A stretch of DNA of 64,000 nt from the human T2T-CHM13v2.0 reference genome, Homo sapiens: NCBI RefSeq assembly GCF_009914755.1, contig NC_060940.1; one strand, given 5' to 3'. Every line of letters starts with the position of its first letter. Within the stretch, counting starts at the first letter, position 1. Positions 1 through 16,600 of the stretch are shown here, piece by piece. A model generated the notes under the pieces. That model saw nothing but the letters and a program-made list of their open reading frames with translations. It had not been told where the DNA came from and did not search any database. A program made the translations under genes and the position numbers.

Positions 1-773
1 TCTATTCAATGATGTCTCCATTTGATTCCATTCGACCATGATTGCCTTTGCTTCCATTCAATGTTTCCATTCGGTTCCTTTTGATGATAATTCCGTTCGA
101 TTCCATTTGATGATTCCATTTGATTCCATTGGATGAGTCCATTCGATTACATTCGATGATTATTCCATTCGAGTGCATTAGATGATTCCATTCGAGTCCA
201 TTCGATGATTCCATTCGATTCCATTCGATGTTGATTCTGTTCAAATCCATTCGATGATTCCACTCGATTCCATTCGATGACTCCATTTGATCCCATTCGA
301 TGATTTCCTGTGATTCCCTTTGATGATCATTCCATTTGATTCAATTCGGTGATTTCATTTGATTCCATTCAGTGATGTTTCCATTCCACTCCATTCGATG
401 ATGATTCCATTCGACTCCATTCGATTATGATTTCATTCAATTCCATTCGATAATGATTCCCTTCAAGTCCATTCGATGATTCCATTCGATTCCATTCAAC
501 GATGATTTGATTCGTGTCCATTCGATGATTCCATTTGATTCCACTTGATGATGATTCCATTCGAGTCCATTTGATGATTCCATTCAATTCCATTCTCCGA
601 TGATTTCTTTTGAGCCCATTCAATGCTTCCACTCGATTCCATATGATGATGACTCCATTCGATTAAATTCGATGATGATTCCGTTCGCTTGCGTTCGATG
701 ATGATTCCACTTGAGTCCGTTAGAAGATTCTATTCAATTACATTCCATGACGATTCCGATCGAGTCCATTTGA

Positions 774-784
774 TGATTCCATTA
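774..784 (-). promoter_or_regulatory. Candidate DUX4 double-homeodomain site TAATGGAATCA (also 1785-1795 and 2622-2632; repeated in each unit)
   Basis: + strand TGATTCCATTA is the reverse complement of TAATGGAATCA, which fits the degenerate DUX4 consensus TAAYBBAATCA. DUX4 is known to bind HSATII. Motif match only. Confidence 0.4.
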
Positions 785-1444
785 GACTCCATTCGACGAT
801 GATTCCATTCGATGTTATTCGATGATTCCATTCGATCTCATTCGATGATGATTCCATTCAACTCCATTCGATGTTTCCATTCGAGTTCATTCTATTATTC
901 CATTAGATTCCATTCGATGATGATTCCATTCGATTCCATTTGATGATTGCATTCTATTTCATTTGATGATGATTCCATTCGAGTCCACTCGATGATTCCA
1001 TTCGAGTCCATTTAATGAATCCATTGGTTTCAATTCTATGATGATTACATTGGATTCCATTCGTTGATGATTTCATTCGGTTCCATTCAATGATGATTCC
1101 ATTCAATTCCTTTCAATGTTTCCATTCAATTGCATACGATGATGCTTCCATTTGATTTGATTCGACAGTGAGCCATTCGATTCAATTCCATGATGAATCT
1201 ATTTTATTCAATTGGTTGACATTTCCATTCGATTCCATTCGATGATGATTCCCTTTGATTCCATTCAAAGATGATTCCATTCTAGCCCATTCAATCATTC
1301 CATTCGATTCTATTCAATGATGATTCCATTCATGTCGATTTGGTGATTCCATTTGACTTCATTTGATGATGATTCCTTTCAAGTTCATTAGATGATTCCA
1401 TTCGATTCCATTTGATGATGATCCCATTCGAGTCCATTCAGTGA

Positions 1445-1640
1445 TTCCATTCGTTTCCATTCCATGATGATTCCATTCCATTCCATTCAATGATTCCATT
1501 CGATTCCGTTTGATGATGATTTCATTCGAGTCCATTTGATGTTTCCATTCGTTTCCATTCCATGATGATTCCATTCCATTCCATTCAATGATTCCATTCG
1601 ATTCCGTTTGGTGATGATTTCATTCGAGTCCATTTGATGA
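1445..1640 (+). repeat. 98-bp tandem duplication internal to the 3194-bp unit (first copy shown)
   Basis: 1445-1542 and 1543-1640 both read TTCCATTCGTTTCCATTCCATGATG...GAGTCCATTTGATG, with 2 differences. Present in the short units, single-copy in L1 (33385-33482) and L2. Confidence 0.93.
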
Positions 1641-4600
1641 TTCCATTTGATTCCATTCGATGATGATTCCATTCGAGTCCATTCGATGATTCTATTCGAA
1701 TCCACTTGACGATTTCTTTTGATTATAGTTGGTGATGATTCCATTGGAGTCCATTCAATGATTCCATTCGATTCCAATCGATGGTGATTCCATTAGAGTC
1801 CATTTAATGATTCCATTTGATTCCAGTCTCTGATGATTACATTCGAGTCCATACGATGATTCCACTCAATTCCATATGATGATGATTCCATTCGATTCCA
1901 TTCGATGATTCCATTCTATTCTAATCGATGATGATTCCATTCGATTCCATTCGATGATGACTGGATTCGATTCCATTTGATGATTTCATTTGATTCCATT
2001 CGTTAATGATTTCGATCAACTCCATTCGATGATTCCATTCGATTCCATTCGATAATGATTACATCCGAGTCCATTCGATGATTCCATTTGAGCCCGTTCG
2101 ATAATTCCATTTGAGTCCAATCAATGATTCCATTCATTTCCATTCAATGATTCCATTCGAGTCCATTTGATCATTCTGGTAGGGTCCGTTCGATGTTGAT
2201 TCCATTGGAGTGCATTCGATGATTCCATTCGAGTCCATTTTATGATTTGATTCGAGTCCTTTCGATGATTCCATTCGATTCCACTCGATGATGATTTCAT
2301 TCGAGTCCATTCGACACTTCCAATCGATTCCATTTGATGTTTCCATTCGAGTCCAATTGATGATTCCATTCAATTCCATTCGATGATGATTCCGTACGAT
2401 TCCATTCTGTGATGATTCCATGTGATTGCATTCAATGATGATTCCTTTCGATTGCATTCGATTGTGATTCATTTCGTGTTCATTCTATGGTTCCACAGGT
2501 TTCCATTCGTGTCCATTCCATTATTCCATTCTATTCCATTTCATGATGATTCCATTCGATTCCATTCATTGGTGATTCCACTCAATTCCATTCAATGATT
2601 CCATTCCATTTCTTTCAACAATGATTCCATTAGGTTCTAATCGATGATCCACTTGATTCCATTTGATGACGATTCCATTCTTGCCATTCGATGATTCCAT
2701 TTGATTCCATATGATGATGATTCCATTCGATTCCATACGATGATGATTCCATTCGAGTCCATTCAATGGTGATTCCATTCCATTCCATTCCATGATTCCT
2801 TTTGATTCCATTCGATGATGATGGCATTCGATTCCTTTCAATCATTCCCTTTGATTCCATTCAAAGGTGATTTCATTCAAGTCCATTCGATAATTGCATT
2901 CGATTCCATTCTATGATGATTCCATTCGAGTCCATTTGATGATTCCATTCAATTCAAGTCAATGATGATTCCATTCGATTCCATTCGATGATTCCATTGG
3001 ATTCCATTCGATGATGATTCCATTCAAATCCATTCGATAATTCAATTCAAGTCCATTCGATGATGATTCCAATCGAATCCATTCAAAGATTCCATTCAGT
3101 TCCATTCGATGATAACCTTAGATTCCATTCGATGATTCCACTTGTTTCCATTTACGATGATTCCATTCGATTCCATGTGATGATTCCATTCAATTCTATT
3201 CAATGATGTCTCCATTTGATTCCATTCGACCATGATTGCCTTTGCTTCCATTCAATGTTTCCATTCGGTTCCTTTTGATGATAATTCCGTTCGATTCCAT
3301 TTGATGATTCCATTTGATTCCATTGGATGAGTCCATTCGATTACATTCGATGATTATTCCATTCGAGTGCATTAGATGATTCCATTCGAGTCCATTCGAT
3401 GATTCCATTCGATTCCATTCGATGTTGATTCTGTTCAAATCCATTCGATGATTCCACTCGATTCCATTCGATGACTCCATTTGATCCCATTCGATGATTT
3501 CCTGTGATTCCCTTTGATGATCATTCCATTTGATTCAATTCGGTGATTTCATTTGATTCCATTCAGTGATGTTTCCATTCCACTCCATTCGATGATGATT
3601 CCATTCGACTCCATTCGATTATGATTTCATTCAATTCCATTCGATAATGATTCCCTTCAAGTCCATTCGATGATTCCATTCGATTCCATTCAACGATGAT
3701 TTGATTCGTGTCCATTCGATGATTCCATTTGATTCCACTTGATGATGATTCCATTCGAGTCCATTTGATGATTCCATTCAATTCCATTCTCCGATGATTT
3801 CTTTTGAGCCCATTCAATGCTTCCACTCGATTCCATATGATGATGACTCCATTCGATTAAATTCGATGATGATTCCGTTCGCTTGCGTTCGATGATGATT
3901 CCACTTGAGTCCGTTAGAAGATTCTATTCAATTACATTCCATGACGATTCCGATCGAGTCCATTTGATGATTCCATTAGACTCCATTCGACGATGATTCC
4001 ATTCGATGTTATTCGATGATTCCATTCGATCTCATTCGATGATGATTCCATTCAACTCCATTCGATGTTTCCATTCGAGTTCATTCTATTATTCCATTAG
4101 ATTCCATTCGATGATGATTCCATTCGATTCCATTTGATGATTGCATTCTATTTCATTTGATGATGATTCCATTCGAGTCCACTCGATGATTCCATTCGAG
4201 TCCATTTAATGAATCCATTGGTTTCAATTCTATGATGATTACATTGGATTCCATTCGTTGATGATTTCATTCGGTTCCATTCAATGATGATTCCATTCAA
4301 TTCCTTTCAATGTTTCCATTCAATTGCATGCGATGATGCTTCCATTTGATTTGATTCGACAGTGAGCCATTCGATTCAATTCCATGATGAATCTATTTTA
4401 TTCAATTGGTTGACATTTCCATTCGATTCCATTCGATGATGATTCCCTTTGATTCCATTCAAAGATGATTCCATTCTAGCCCATTCAATCATTCCATTCG
4501 ATTCTATTCAATGATGATTCCATTCATGTCGATTTGGTGATTCCATTTGACTTCATTTGATGATGATTCCTTTCAAGTTCATTAGATGATTCCATTCGAT

Positions 4601-7600
4601 TCCATTTGATGATGATCCCATTCGAGTCCATTCAGTGATTCCATTCGTTTCCATTCCATGATGATTCCATTCCATTCCATTCAATGATTCCATTCGATTC
4701 CGTTTGATGATGATTTCATTCGAGTCCATTTGATGTTTCCATTCGTTTCCATTCCATGATGATTCCATTCCATTCCATTCAATGATTCCATTCGATTCCG
4801 TTTGGTGATGATTTCATTCGAGTCCATTTGATGATTCCATTTGATTCCATTCGATGATGATTCCATTCGAGTCCATTCGATGATTCTATTCGAATCCACT
4901 TGATGATTTCTTTTGATTATAGTTGGTGATGATTCCATTGGAGTCCATTCAATGATTCCATTCGATTCCAATCGATGGTGATTCCATTAGAGTCCATTTA
5001 ATGATTCCATTTGATTCCAGTCTCTGATGATTACATTCGAGTCCATACGATGATTCCACTCAATTCCATATGATGATGATTCCATTCGATTCCATTCGAT
5101 GATTCCATTCTATTCTAATCGATGATGATTCCATTCGATTCCATTCGATGATGATTGGATTCGATTCCATTTGATGATTTCATTTGATTCCATTCGTTAA
5201 TGATTTCGATCAACTCCATTCGATGATTCCATTCGATTCCATTCGATAATGATTACATCCGAGTCCATTCGATGATGCCATTTGAGCCCGTTCGATAATT
5301 CCATTTGAGTCCAATCAATGATTCCATTCATTTCCATTCAATGATTCCATTCGAGTCCATTTGATCATTCTGGTAGGGTCCGTTCGATGTTGATTCCATT
5401 GGAGTGCATTCGATGATTCCATTCGAGTCCATTTTATGATTTGATTCGAGTCCTTTCGATGATTCCATTCGATTCCACTCGATGATGATTTCATTCGAGT
5501 CCATTCGACACTTCCAATCGATTCCATTTGATGTTTCCATTCGAGTCCAATTGATGATTCCATTCAATTCCATTCGATGATGATTCCGTACGATTCCATT
5601 CTGTGATGATTCCATGTGATTGCATTCAATGATGATTCCTTTCGATTGCATTCGATTGTGATTCATTTCGTGTTCATTCTATGGTTCCACAGGTTTCCAT
5701 TCGTGTCCATTCCATTATTCCATTCTATTCCATTTCATGATGATTCCATTCGATTCCATTCATTGGTGATTCCACTCAATTCCATTCAATGATTCCATTC
5801 CATTTCTTTCAACAATGATTCCATTAGGTTCTAATCGATGATCCACTTGATTCCATTTGATGACGATTCCATTCTTGCCATTCGATGATTCCATTTGATT
5901 CCATATGATGATGATTCCATTCGATTCCATACGATGATGATTCCATTCGAGTCCATTCAATGGTGATTCCATTCCATTCCATTCCATGATTCCTTTTGAT
6001 TCCATTCGATGATGATGGCATTCGATTCCTTTCAATCATTCCCTTTGATTCCATTCAAAGGTGATTTCATTCAAGTCCATTCGATAATTGCATTCGATTC
6101 CATTCTATGATGATTCCATTCGAGTCCATTTGATGATTCCATTCAATTCAAGTCAATGATGATTCCATTCGATTCCATTCGATGATTCCATTGGATTCCA
6201 TTCGATGATGATTCCATTCAAATCCATTCGATAATTCAATTCAAGTCCATTCGATGATGATTCCAATCGAATCCATTCAAAGATTCCATTCAGTTCCATT
6301 CGATGATAACCTTAGATTCCATTCGATGATTCCACTTGTTTCCATTTACGATGATTCCATTCGATTCCATGTGATGATTCCATTCAATTCTATTCAATGA
6401 TGTCTCCATTTGATTCCATTCGACCATGATTGCCTTTGCTTCCATTCAATGTTTCCATTCGGTTCCTTTTGATGATAATTCCGTTCGATTCCATTTGATG
6501 ATTCCATTTGATTCCATTGGATGAGTCCATTCGATTACATTCGATGATTATTCCATTCGAGTGCATTAGATGATTCCATTCGAGTCCATTCGATGATTCC
6601 ATTCGATTCCATTCGATGTTGATTCTGTTCAAATCCATTCGATGATTCCACTCGATTCCATTCGATGACTCCATTTGATCCCATTCGATGATTTCCTGTG
6701 ATTCCCTTTGATGATCATTCCATTTGATTCAATTCGGTGATTTCATTTGATTCCATTCAGTGATGTTTCCATTCCACTCCATTCGATGATGATTCCATTC
6801 GACTCCATTCGATTATGATTTCATTCAATTCCATTCGATAATGATTCCCTTCAAGTCCATTCGATGATTCCATTCGATTCCATTCAACGATGATTTGATT
6901 CGTGTCCATTCGATGATTCCATTTGATTCCACTTGATGATGATTCCATTCGAGTCCATTTGATGATTCCATTCAATTCCATTCTCCGATGATTTCTTTTG
7001 AGCCCATTCAATGCTTCCACTCGATTCCATATGATGATGACTCCATTCGATTAAATTCGATGATGATTCCGTTCGCTTGCGTTCGATGATGATTCCACTT
7101 GAGTCCGTTAGAAGATTCTATTCAATTACATTCCATGACGATTCCGATCGAGTCCATTTGATGATTCCATTAGACTCCATTCGACGATGATTCCATTCGA
7201 TGTTATTCGATGATTCCATTCGATCTCATTCGATGATGATTCCATTCAACTCCATTCGATGTTTCCATTCGAGTTCATTCTATTATTCCATTAGATTCCA
7301 TTCGATGATGATTCCATTCGATTCCATTTGATGATTGCATTCTATTTCATTTGATGATGATTCCATTCGAGTCCACTCGATGATTCCATTCGAGTCCATT
7401 TAATGAATCCATTGGTTTCAATTCTATGATGATTACATTGGATTCCATTCGTTGATGATTTCATTCGGTTCCATTCAATGATGATTCCATTCAATTCCTT
7501 TCAATGTTTCCATTCAATTGCATACGATGATGCTTCCATTTGATTTGATTCGACAGTGAGCCATTCGATTCAATTCCATGATGAATCTATTTTATTCAAT

Positions 7601-10600
7601 TGGTTGACATTTCCATTCGATTCCATTCGATGATGATTCCCTTTGATTCCATTCAAAGATGATTCCATTCTAGCCCATTCAATCATTCCATTCGATTCTA
7701 TTCAATGATGATTCCATTCATGTCGATTTGGTGATTCCATTTGACTTCATTTGATGATGATTCCTTTCAAGTTCATTAGATGATTCCATTCGATTCCATT
7801 TGATGATGATCCCATTCGAGTCCATTCAGTGATTCCATTCGTTTCCATTCCATGATGATTCCATTCCATTCCATTCAATGATTCCATTCGATTCCGTTTG
7901 ATGATGATTTCATTCGAGTCCATTTGATGTTTCCATTCGTTTCCATTCCATGATGATTCCATTCCATTCCATTCAATGATTCCATTCGATTCCGTTTGGT
8001 GATGATTTCATTCGAGTCCATTTGATGATTCCATTTGATTCCATTCGATGATGATTCCATTCGAGTCCATTCGATGATTCTATTCGAATCCACTTGATGA
8101 TTTCTTTTGATTATAGTTGGTGATGATTCCATTGGAGTCCATTCAATGATTCCATTCGATTCCAATCGATGGTGATTCCATTAGAGTCCATTTAATGATT
8201 CCATTTGATTCCAGTCTCTGATGATTACATTCGAGTCCATACGATGATTCCACTCAATTCCATATGATGATGATTCCATTCGATTCCATTCGATGATTCC
8301 ATTCTATTCTAATCGATGATGATTCCATTCGATTCCATTCGATGATGATTGGATTCGATTCCATTTGATGATTTCATTTGATTCCATTCGTTAATGATTT
8401 CGATCAACTCCATTCGATGATTCCATTCGATTCCATTCGATAATGATTACATCCGAGTCCATTCGATGATTCCATTTGAGCCCGTTCGATAATTCCATTT
8501 GAGTCCAATCAATGATTCCATTCATTTCCATTCAATGATTCCATTCGAGTCCATTTGATCATTCTGGTAGGGTCCGTTCGATGTTGATTCCATTGGAGTG
8601 CATTCGATGATTCCATTCGAGTCCATTTTATGATTTGATTCGAGTCCTTTCGATGATTCCATTCGATTCCACTCGATGATGATTTCATTCGAGTCCATTC
8701 GACACTTCCAATCGATTCCATTTGATGTTTCCATTCGAGTCCAATTGATGATTCCATTCAATTCCATTCGATGATGATTCCGTACGATTCCATTCTGTGA
8801 TGATTCCATGTGATTGCATTCAATGATGATTCCTTTCGATTGCATTCGATTGTGATTCATTTCGTGTTCATTCTATGGTTCCACAGGTTTCCATTCGTGT
8901 CCATTCCATTATTCCATTCTATTCCATTTCATGATGATTCCATTCGATTCCATTCATTGGTGATTCCACTCAATTCCATTCAATGATTCCATTCCATTTC
9001 TTTCAACAATGATTCCATTAGGTTCTAATCGATGATCCACTTGATTCCATTTGATGACGATTCCATTCTTGCCATTCGATGATTCCATTTGATTCCATAT
9101 GATGATGATTCCATTCGATTCCATACGATGATGATTCCATTCGAGTCCATTCAATGGTGATTCCATTCCATTCCATTCCATGATTCCTTTTGATTCCATT
9201 CGATGATGATGGCATTCGATTCCTTTCAATCATTCCCTTTGATTCCATTCAAAGGTGATTTCATTCAAGTCCATTCGATAATTGCATTCGATTCCATTCT
9301 ATGATGATTCCATTCGAGTCCATTTGATGATTCCATTCAATTCAAGTCAATGATGATTCCATTCGATTCCATTCGATGATTCCATTGGATTCCATTCGAT
9401 GATGATTCCATTCAAATCCATTCGATAATTCAATTCAAGTCCATTCGATGATGATTCCAATCGAATCCATTCAAAGATTCCATTCAGTTCCATTCGATGA
9501 TAACCTTAGATTCCATTCGATGATTCCACTTGTTTCCATTTACGATGATTCCATTCGATTCCATGTGATGATTCCATTCAATTCTATTCAATGATGTCTC
9601 CATTTGATTCCATTCGACCATGATTGCCTTTGCTTCCATTCAATGTTTCCATTCGGTTCCTTTTGATGATAATTCCGTTCGATTCCATTTGATGATTCCA
9701 TTTGATTCCATTGGATGAGTCCATTCGATTACATTCGATGATTATTCCATTCGAGTGCATTAGATGATTCCATTCGAGTCCATTCGATGATTCCATTCGA
9801 TTCCATTCGATGTTGATTCTGTTCAAATCCATTCGATGATTCCACTCGATTCCATTCGATGACTCCATTTGATCCCATTCGATGATTTCCTGTGATTCCC
9901 TTTGATGATCATTCCATTTGATTCAATTCGGTGATTTCATTTGATTCCATTCAGTGATGTTTCCATTCCACTCCATTCGATGATGATTCCATTCGACTCC
10001 ATTCGATTATGATTTCATTCAATTCCATTCGATAATGATTCCCTTCAAGTCCATTCGATGATTCCATTCGATTCCATTCAACGATGATTTGATTCGTGTC
10101 CATTCGATGATTCCATTTGATTCCACTTGATGATGATTCCATTCGAGTCCATTTGATGATTCCATTCAATTCCATTCTCCGATGATTTCTTTTGAGCCCA
10201 TTCAATGCTTCCACTCGATTCCATATGATGATGACTCCATTCGATTAAATTCGATGATGATTCCGTTCGCTTGCGTTCGATGATGATTCCACTTGAGTCC
10301 GTTAGAAGATTCTATTCAATTACATTCCATGACGATTCCGATCGAGTCCATTTGATGATTCCATTAGACTCCATTCGACGATGATTCCATTCGATGTTAT
10401 TCGATGATTCCATTCGATCTCATTCGATGATGATTCCATTCAACTCCATTCGATGTTTCCATTCGAGTTCATTCTATTATTCCATTAGATTCCATTCGAT
10501 GATGATTCCATTCGATTCCATTTGATGATTGCATTCTATTTCATTTGATGATGATTCCATTCGAGTCCACTCGATGATTCCATTCGAGTCCATTTAATGA

Positions 10601-13600
10601 ATCCATTGGTTTCAATTCTATGATGATTACATTGGATTCCATTCGTTGATGATTTCATTTGGTTCCATTCAATGATGATTCCATTCAATTCCTTTCAAGG
10701 TTTCCATTCAATTGCATACGATGATGCTTCCATTTGATTTGATTCGACAGTGAGCCATTCGATTCAATTCCATGATGAATCTATTTTATTCAATTGGTTG
10801 ACATTTCCATTCGATTCCATTCGATGATGATTCCCTTTGATTCCATTCAAAGATGATTCCATTCTAGCCCATTCAATCATTCCATTCGAATCTATTCAAT
10901 GATGATTCCATTCATGTCGATTTGGTGATTCCATTTGACTTCATTTGATGATGATTCCTTTCAAGTTCATTAGATGATTCCATTCGATTCCATTTGATGA
11001 TGATCCCATTCGAGTCCATTCAGTGATTCCATTCGTTTCCATTCCATGATGATTCCATTCCATTCCATTCAATGATTCCATTCGATTCCGTTTGATGATG
11101 ATTTCATTCGAGTCCATTTGATGTTTCCATTCGTTTCCATTCCATGATGATTCCATTCCATTCCATTCAATGATTCCATTCGATTCCGTTTGGTGATGAT
11201 TTCATTCGAGTCCATTTGATGATTCCATTTGATTCCATTCGATGATGATTCCATTCGAGTCCATTCGATGATTCTATTCGAATCCACTTGATGATTTCTT
11301 TTGATTATAGTTGGTGATGATTCCATTGGAGTCCATTCAATGATTCCATTCGATTCCAATCGATGGTGATTCCATTAGAGTCCATTTAATGATTCCATTT
11401 GATTCCAGTCTCTGATGATTACATTCGAGTCCATACGATGATTCCACTCAATTCCATATGATGATGATTCCATTCGATTCCATTCGATGATTCCATTCTA
11501 TTCTAATCGATGATGATTCCATTCGATTCCATTCGATGATGATTGGATTCGATTCCATTTGATGATTTCATTTGATTCCATTCGTTAATGATTTCGATCA
11601 ACTCCATTCGATGATTCCATTCGATTCCATTCGATAATGATTACATCCGAGTCCATTCGATGATTCCATTTGAGCCCGTTCGATAATTCCATTTGAGTCC
11701 AATCAATGATTCCATTCATTTCCATTCAATGATTCCATTCGAGTCCATTTGATCATTCTGGTAGGGTCCGTTCGATGTTGATTCCATTGGAGTGCATTCG
11801 ATGATTCCATTCGAGTCCATTTTATGATTTGATTCGAGTCCTTTCGATGATTCCATTCGATTCCACTCGATGATGATTTCATTCGAGTCCATTCGACACT
11901 TCCAATCGATTCCATTTGATGTTTCCATTCGAGTCCAATTGATGATTCCATTCAATTCCATTCGATGATGATTCCGTACGATTCCATTCTGTGATGATTC
12001 CATGTGATTGCATTCAATGATGATTCCTTTCGATTGCATTCGATTGTGATTCATTTCGTGTTCATTCTATGGTTCCACAGGTTTCCATTCGTGTCCATTC
12101 CATTATTCCATTCTATTCCATTTCATGATGATTCCATTCGATTCCATTCATTGGTGATTCCACTCAATTCCATTCAATGATTCCATTCCATTTCTTTCAA
12201 CAATGATTCCATTAGGTTCTAATCGATGATCCACTTGATTCCATTTGATGACGATTCCATTCTTGCCATTCGATGATTCCATTTGATTCCATATGATGAT
12301 GATTCCATTCGATTCCATACGATGATGATTCCATTCGAGTCCATTCAATGGTGATTCCATTCCATTCCATTCCATGATTCCTTTTGATTCCATTCGATGA
12401 TGATGGCATTCGATTCCTTTCAATCATTCCCTTTGATTCCATTCAAAGGTGATTTCATTCAAGTCCATTCGATAATTGCATTCGATTCCATTCTATGATG
12501 ATTCCATTCGAGTCCATTTGATGATTCCATTCAATTCAAGTCAATGATGATTCCATTCGATTCCATTCGATGATTCCATTGGATTCCATTCGATGATGAT
12601 TCCATTCAAATCCATTCGATAATTCAATTCAAGTCCATTCGATGATGATTCCAATCGAATCCATTCAAAGATTCCATTCAGTTCCATTCGATGATAACCT
12701 TAGATTCCATTCGATGATTCCACTTGTTTCCATTTACGATGATTCCATTCGATTCCATGTGATGATTCCATTCAATTCTATTCAATGATGTCTCCATTTG
12801 ATTCCATTCGACCATGATTGCCTTTGCTTCCATTCAATGTTTCCATTCGGTTCCTTTTGATGATAATTCCGTTCGATTCCATTTGATGATTCCATTTGAT
12901 TCCATTGGATGAGTCCATTCGATTACATTCGATGATTATTCCATTCGAGTGCATTAGATGATTCCATTCGAGTCCATTCGATGATTCCATTCGATTCCAT
13001 TCGATGTTGATTCTGTTCAAATCCATTCGATGATTCCACTCGATTCCATTCGATGACTCCATTTGATCCCATTCGATGATTTCCTGTGATTCCCTTTGAT
13101 GATCATTCCATTTGATTCAATTCGGTGATTTCATTTGATTCCATTCAGTGATGTTTCCATTCCACTCCATTCGATGATGATTCCATTCCACTCCATTCGA
13201 TTATGATTTCATTCAATTCCATTCGATAATGATTCCCTTCAAGTCCATTCGATGATTCCATTCGATTCCATTCAACGATGATTTGATTCGTGTCCATTCG
13301 ATGATTCCATTTGATTCCACTTGATGATGATTCCATTCGAGTCCATTTGATGATTCCATTCAATTCCATTCTCCGATGATTTCTTTTGAGCCCATTCAAT
13401 GCTTCCACTCGATTCCATATGATGATGACTCCATTCGATTAAATTCGATGATGATTCCGTTCGCTTGCGTTCGATGATGATTCCACTTGAGTCCGTTAGA
13501 AGATTCTATTCAATTACATTCCATGACGATTCCGATCGAGTCCATTTGATGATTCCATTAGACTCCATTCGACGATGATTCCATTCGATGTTATTCGATG

Positions 13601-16600
13601 ATTCCATTCGATCTCATTCGATGATGATTCCATTCAACTCCATTCGATGTTTCCATTCGAGTTCATTCTATTATTCCATTAGATTCCATTCGATGATGAT
13701 TCCATTCGATTCCATTTGATGATTGCATTCTATTTCATTTGATGATGATTCCATTCGAGTCCACTCGATGATTCCATTCGAGTCCATTTAATGAATCCAT
13801 TGGTTTCAATTCTATGATGATTACATTGGATTCCATTCGTTGATGATTTCATTCGGTTCCATTCAATGATGATTCCATTCAATTCCTTTCAATGTTTCCA
13901 TTCAATTGCATACGATGATGCTTCCATTTGATTTGATTCGACAGTGAGCCATTCGATTCAATTCCATGATGAATCTATTTTATTCAATTGGTTGACATTT
14001 CCATTCGATTCCATTCGATGATGATTCCCTTTGATTCCATTCAAAGATGATTCCATTCTAGCCCATTCAATCATTCCATTCGATTCTATTCAATGATGAT
14101 TCCATTCATGTCGATTTGGTGATTCCATTTGACTTCATTTGATGATGATTCCTTTCAAGTTCATTAGATGATTCCATTCGATTCCATTTGATGATGATCC
14201 CATTCGAGTCCATTCAGTGATTCCATTCGTTTCCATTCCATGATGATTCCATTCCATTCCATTCAATGATTCCATTCGATTCCGTTTGATGATGATTTCA
14301 TTCGAGTCCATTTGATGTTTCCATTCGTTTCCATTCCATGATGATTCCATTCCATTCCATTCAATGATTCCATTCGATTCCGTTTGGTGATGATTTCATT
14401 CGAGTCCATTTGATGATTCCATTTGATTCCATTCGATGATGATTCCATTCGAGTCCATTCGATGATTCTATTCGAATCCACTTGATGATTTCTTTTGATT
14501 ATAGTTGGTGATGATTCCATTGGAGTCCATTCAATGATTCCATTCGATTCCAATCGATGGTGATTCCATTAGAGTCCATTTAATGATTCCATTTGATTCC
14601 AGTCTCTGATGATTACATTCGAGTCCATACGATGATTCCACTCAATTCCATATGATGATGATTCCATTCGATTCCATTCGATGATTCCATTCTATTCTAA
14701 TCGATGATGATTCCATTCGATTCCATTCGATGATGATTGGATTCGATTCCATTTGATGATTTCATTTGATTCCATTCGTTAATGATTTCGATCAACTCCA
14801 TTCGATGATTCCATTCGATTCCATTCGATAATGATTACATCCGAGTCCATTCGATGATGCCATTTGAGCCCGTTCGATAATTCCATTTGAGTCCAATCAA
14901 TGATTCCATTCATTTCCATTCAATGATTCCATTCGAGTCCATTTGATCATTCTGGTAGGGTCCGTTCGATGTTGATTCCATTGGAGTGCATTCGATGATT
15001 CCATTCGAGTCCATTTTATGATTTGATTCGAGTCCTTTCGATGATTCCATTCGATTCCACTCGATGATGATTTCATTCGAGTCCATTCGACACTTCCAAT
15101 CGATTCCATTTGATGTTTCCATTCGAGTCCAATTGATGATTCCATTCAATTCCATTCGATGATGATTCCGTACGATTCCATTCTGTGATGATTCCATGTG
15201 ATTGCATTCAATGATGATTCCTTTCGATTGCATTCGATTGTGATTCATTTCGTGTTCATTCTATGGTTCCACAGGTTTCCATTCGTGTCCATTCCATTAT
15301 TCCATTCTATTCCATTTCATGATGATTCCATTCGATTCCATTCATTGGTGATTCCACTCAATTCCATTCAATGATTCCATTCCATTTCTTTCAACAATGA
15401 TTCCATTAGGTTCTAATCGATGATCCACTTGATTCCATTTGATGACGATTCCATTCTTGCCATTCGATGATTCCATTTGATTCCATATGATGATGATTCC
15501 ATTCGATTCCATACGATGATGATTCCATTCGAGTCCATTCAATGGTGATTCCATTCCATTCCATTCCATGATTCCTTTTGATTCCATTCGATGATGATGG
15601 CATTCGATTCCTTTCAATCATTCCCTTTGATTCCATTCAAAGGTGATTTCATTCAAGTCCATTCGATAATTGCATTCGATTCCATTCTATGATGATTCCA
15701 TTCGAGTCCATTTGATGATTCCATTCAATTCAAGTCAATGATGATTCCATTCGATTCCATTCGATGATTCCATTGGATTCCATTCGATGATGATTCCATT
15801 CAAATCCATTCGATAATTCAATTCAAGTCCATTCGATGATGATTCCAATCGAATCCATTCAAAGATTCCATTCAGTTCCATTCGATGATAACCTTAGATT
15901 CCATTCGATGATTCCACTTGTTTCCATTTACGATGATTCCATTCGATTCCATGTGATGATTCCATTCAATTCTATTCAATGATGTCTCCATTTGATTCCA
16001 TTCGACCATGATTGCCTTTGCTTCCATTCAATGTTTCCATTCGGTTCCTTTTGATGATAATTCCGTTCGATTCCATTTGATGATTCCATTTGATTCCATT
16101 GGATGAGTCCATTCGATTACATTCGATGATTATTCCATTCGAGTGCATTAGATGATTCCATTCGAGTCCATTCGATGATTCCATTCGATTCCATTCGATG
16201 TTGATTCTGTTCAAATCCATTCGATGATTCCACTCGATTCCATTCGATGACTCCATTTGATCCCATTCGATGATTTCCTGTGATTCCCTTTGATGATCAT
16301 TCCATTTGATTCAATTCGGTGATTTCATTTGATTCCATTCAGTGATGTTTCCATTCCACTCCATTCGATGATGATTCCATTCGACTCCATTCGATTATGA
16401 TTTCATTCAATTCCATTCGATAATGATTCCCTTCAAGTCCATTCGATGATTCCATTCGATTCCATTCAACGATGATTTGATTCGTGTCCATTCGATGATT
16501 CCATTTGATTCCACTTGATGATGATTCCATTCGAGTCCATTTGATGATTCCATTCAATTCCATTCTCCGATGATTTCTTTTGAGCCCATTCAATGCTTCC

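Noticed and set aside
2170-2515. G-containing non-canonical islands (TCTGGTAGGGTCCG; ATGGTTCCACAGGTTTCC) as foreign inserts or splice/regulatory signals
   Set aside because: They can be read as multiply substituted satellite monomers in register with their flanks and are too short to support a functional call. They are useful only as unit landmarks.
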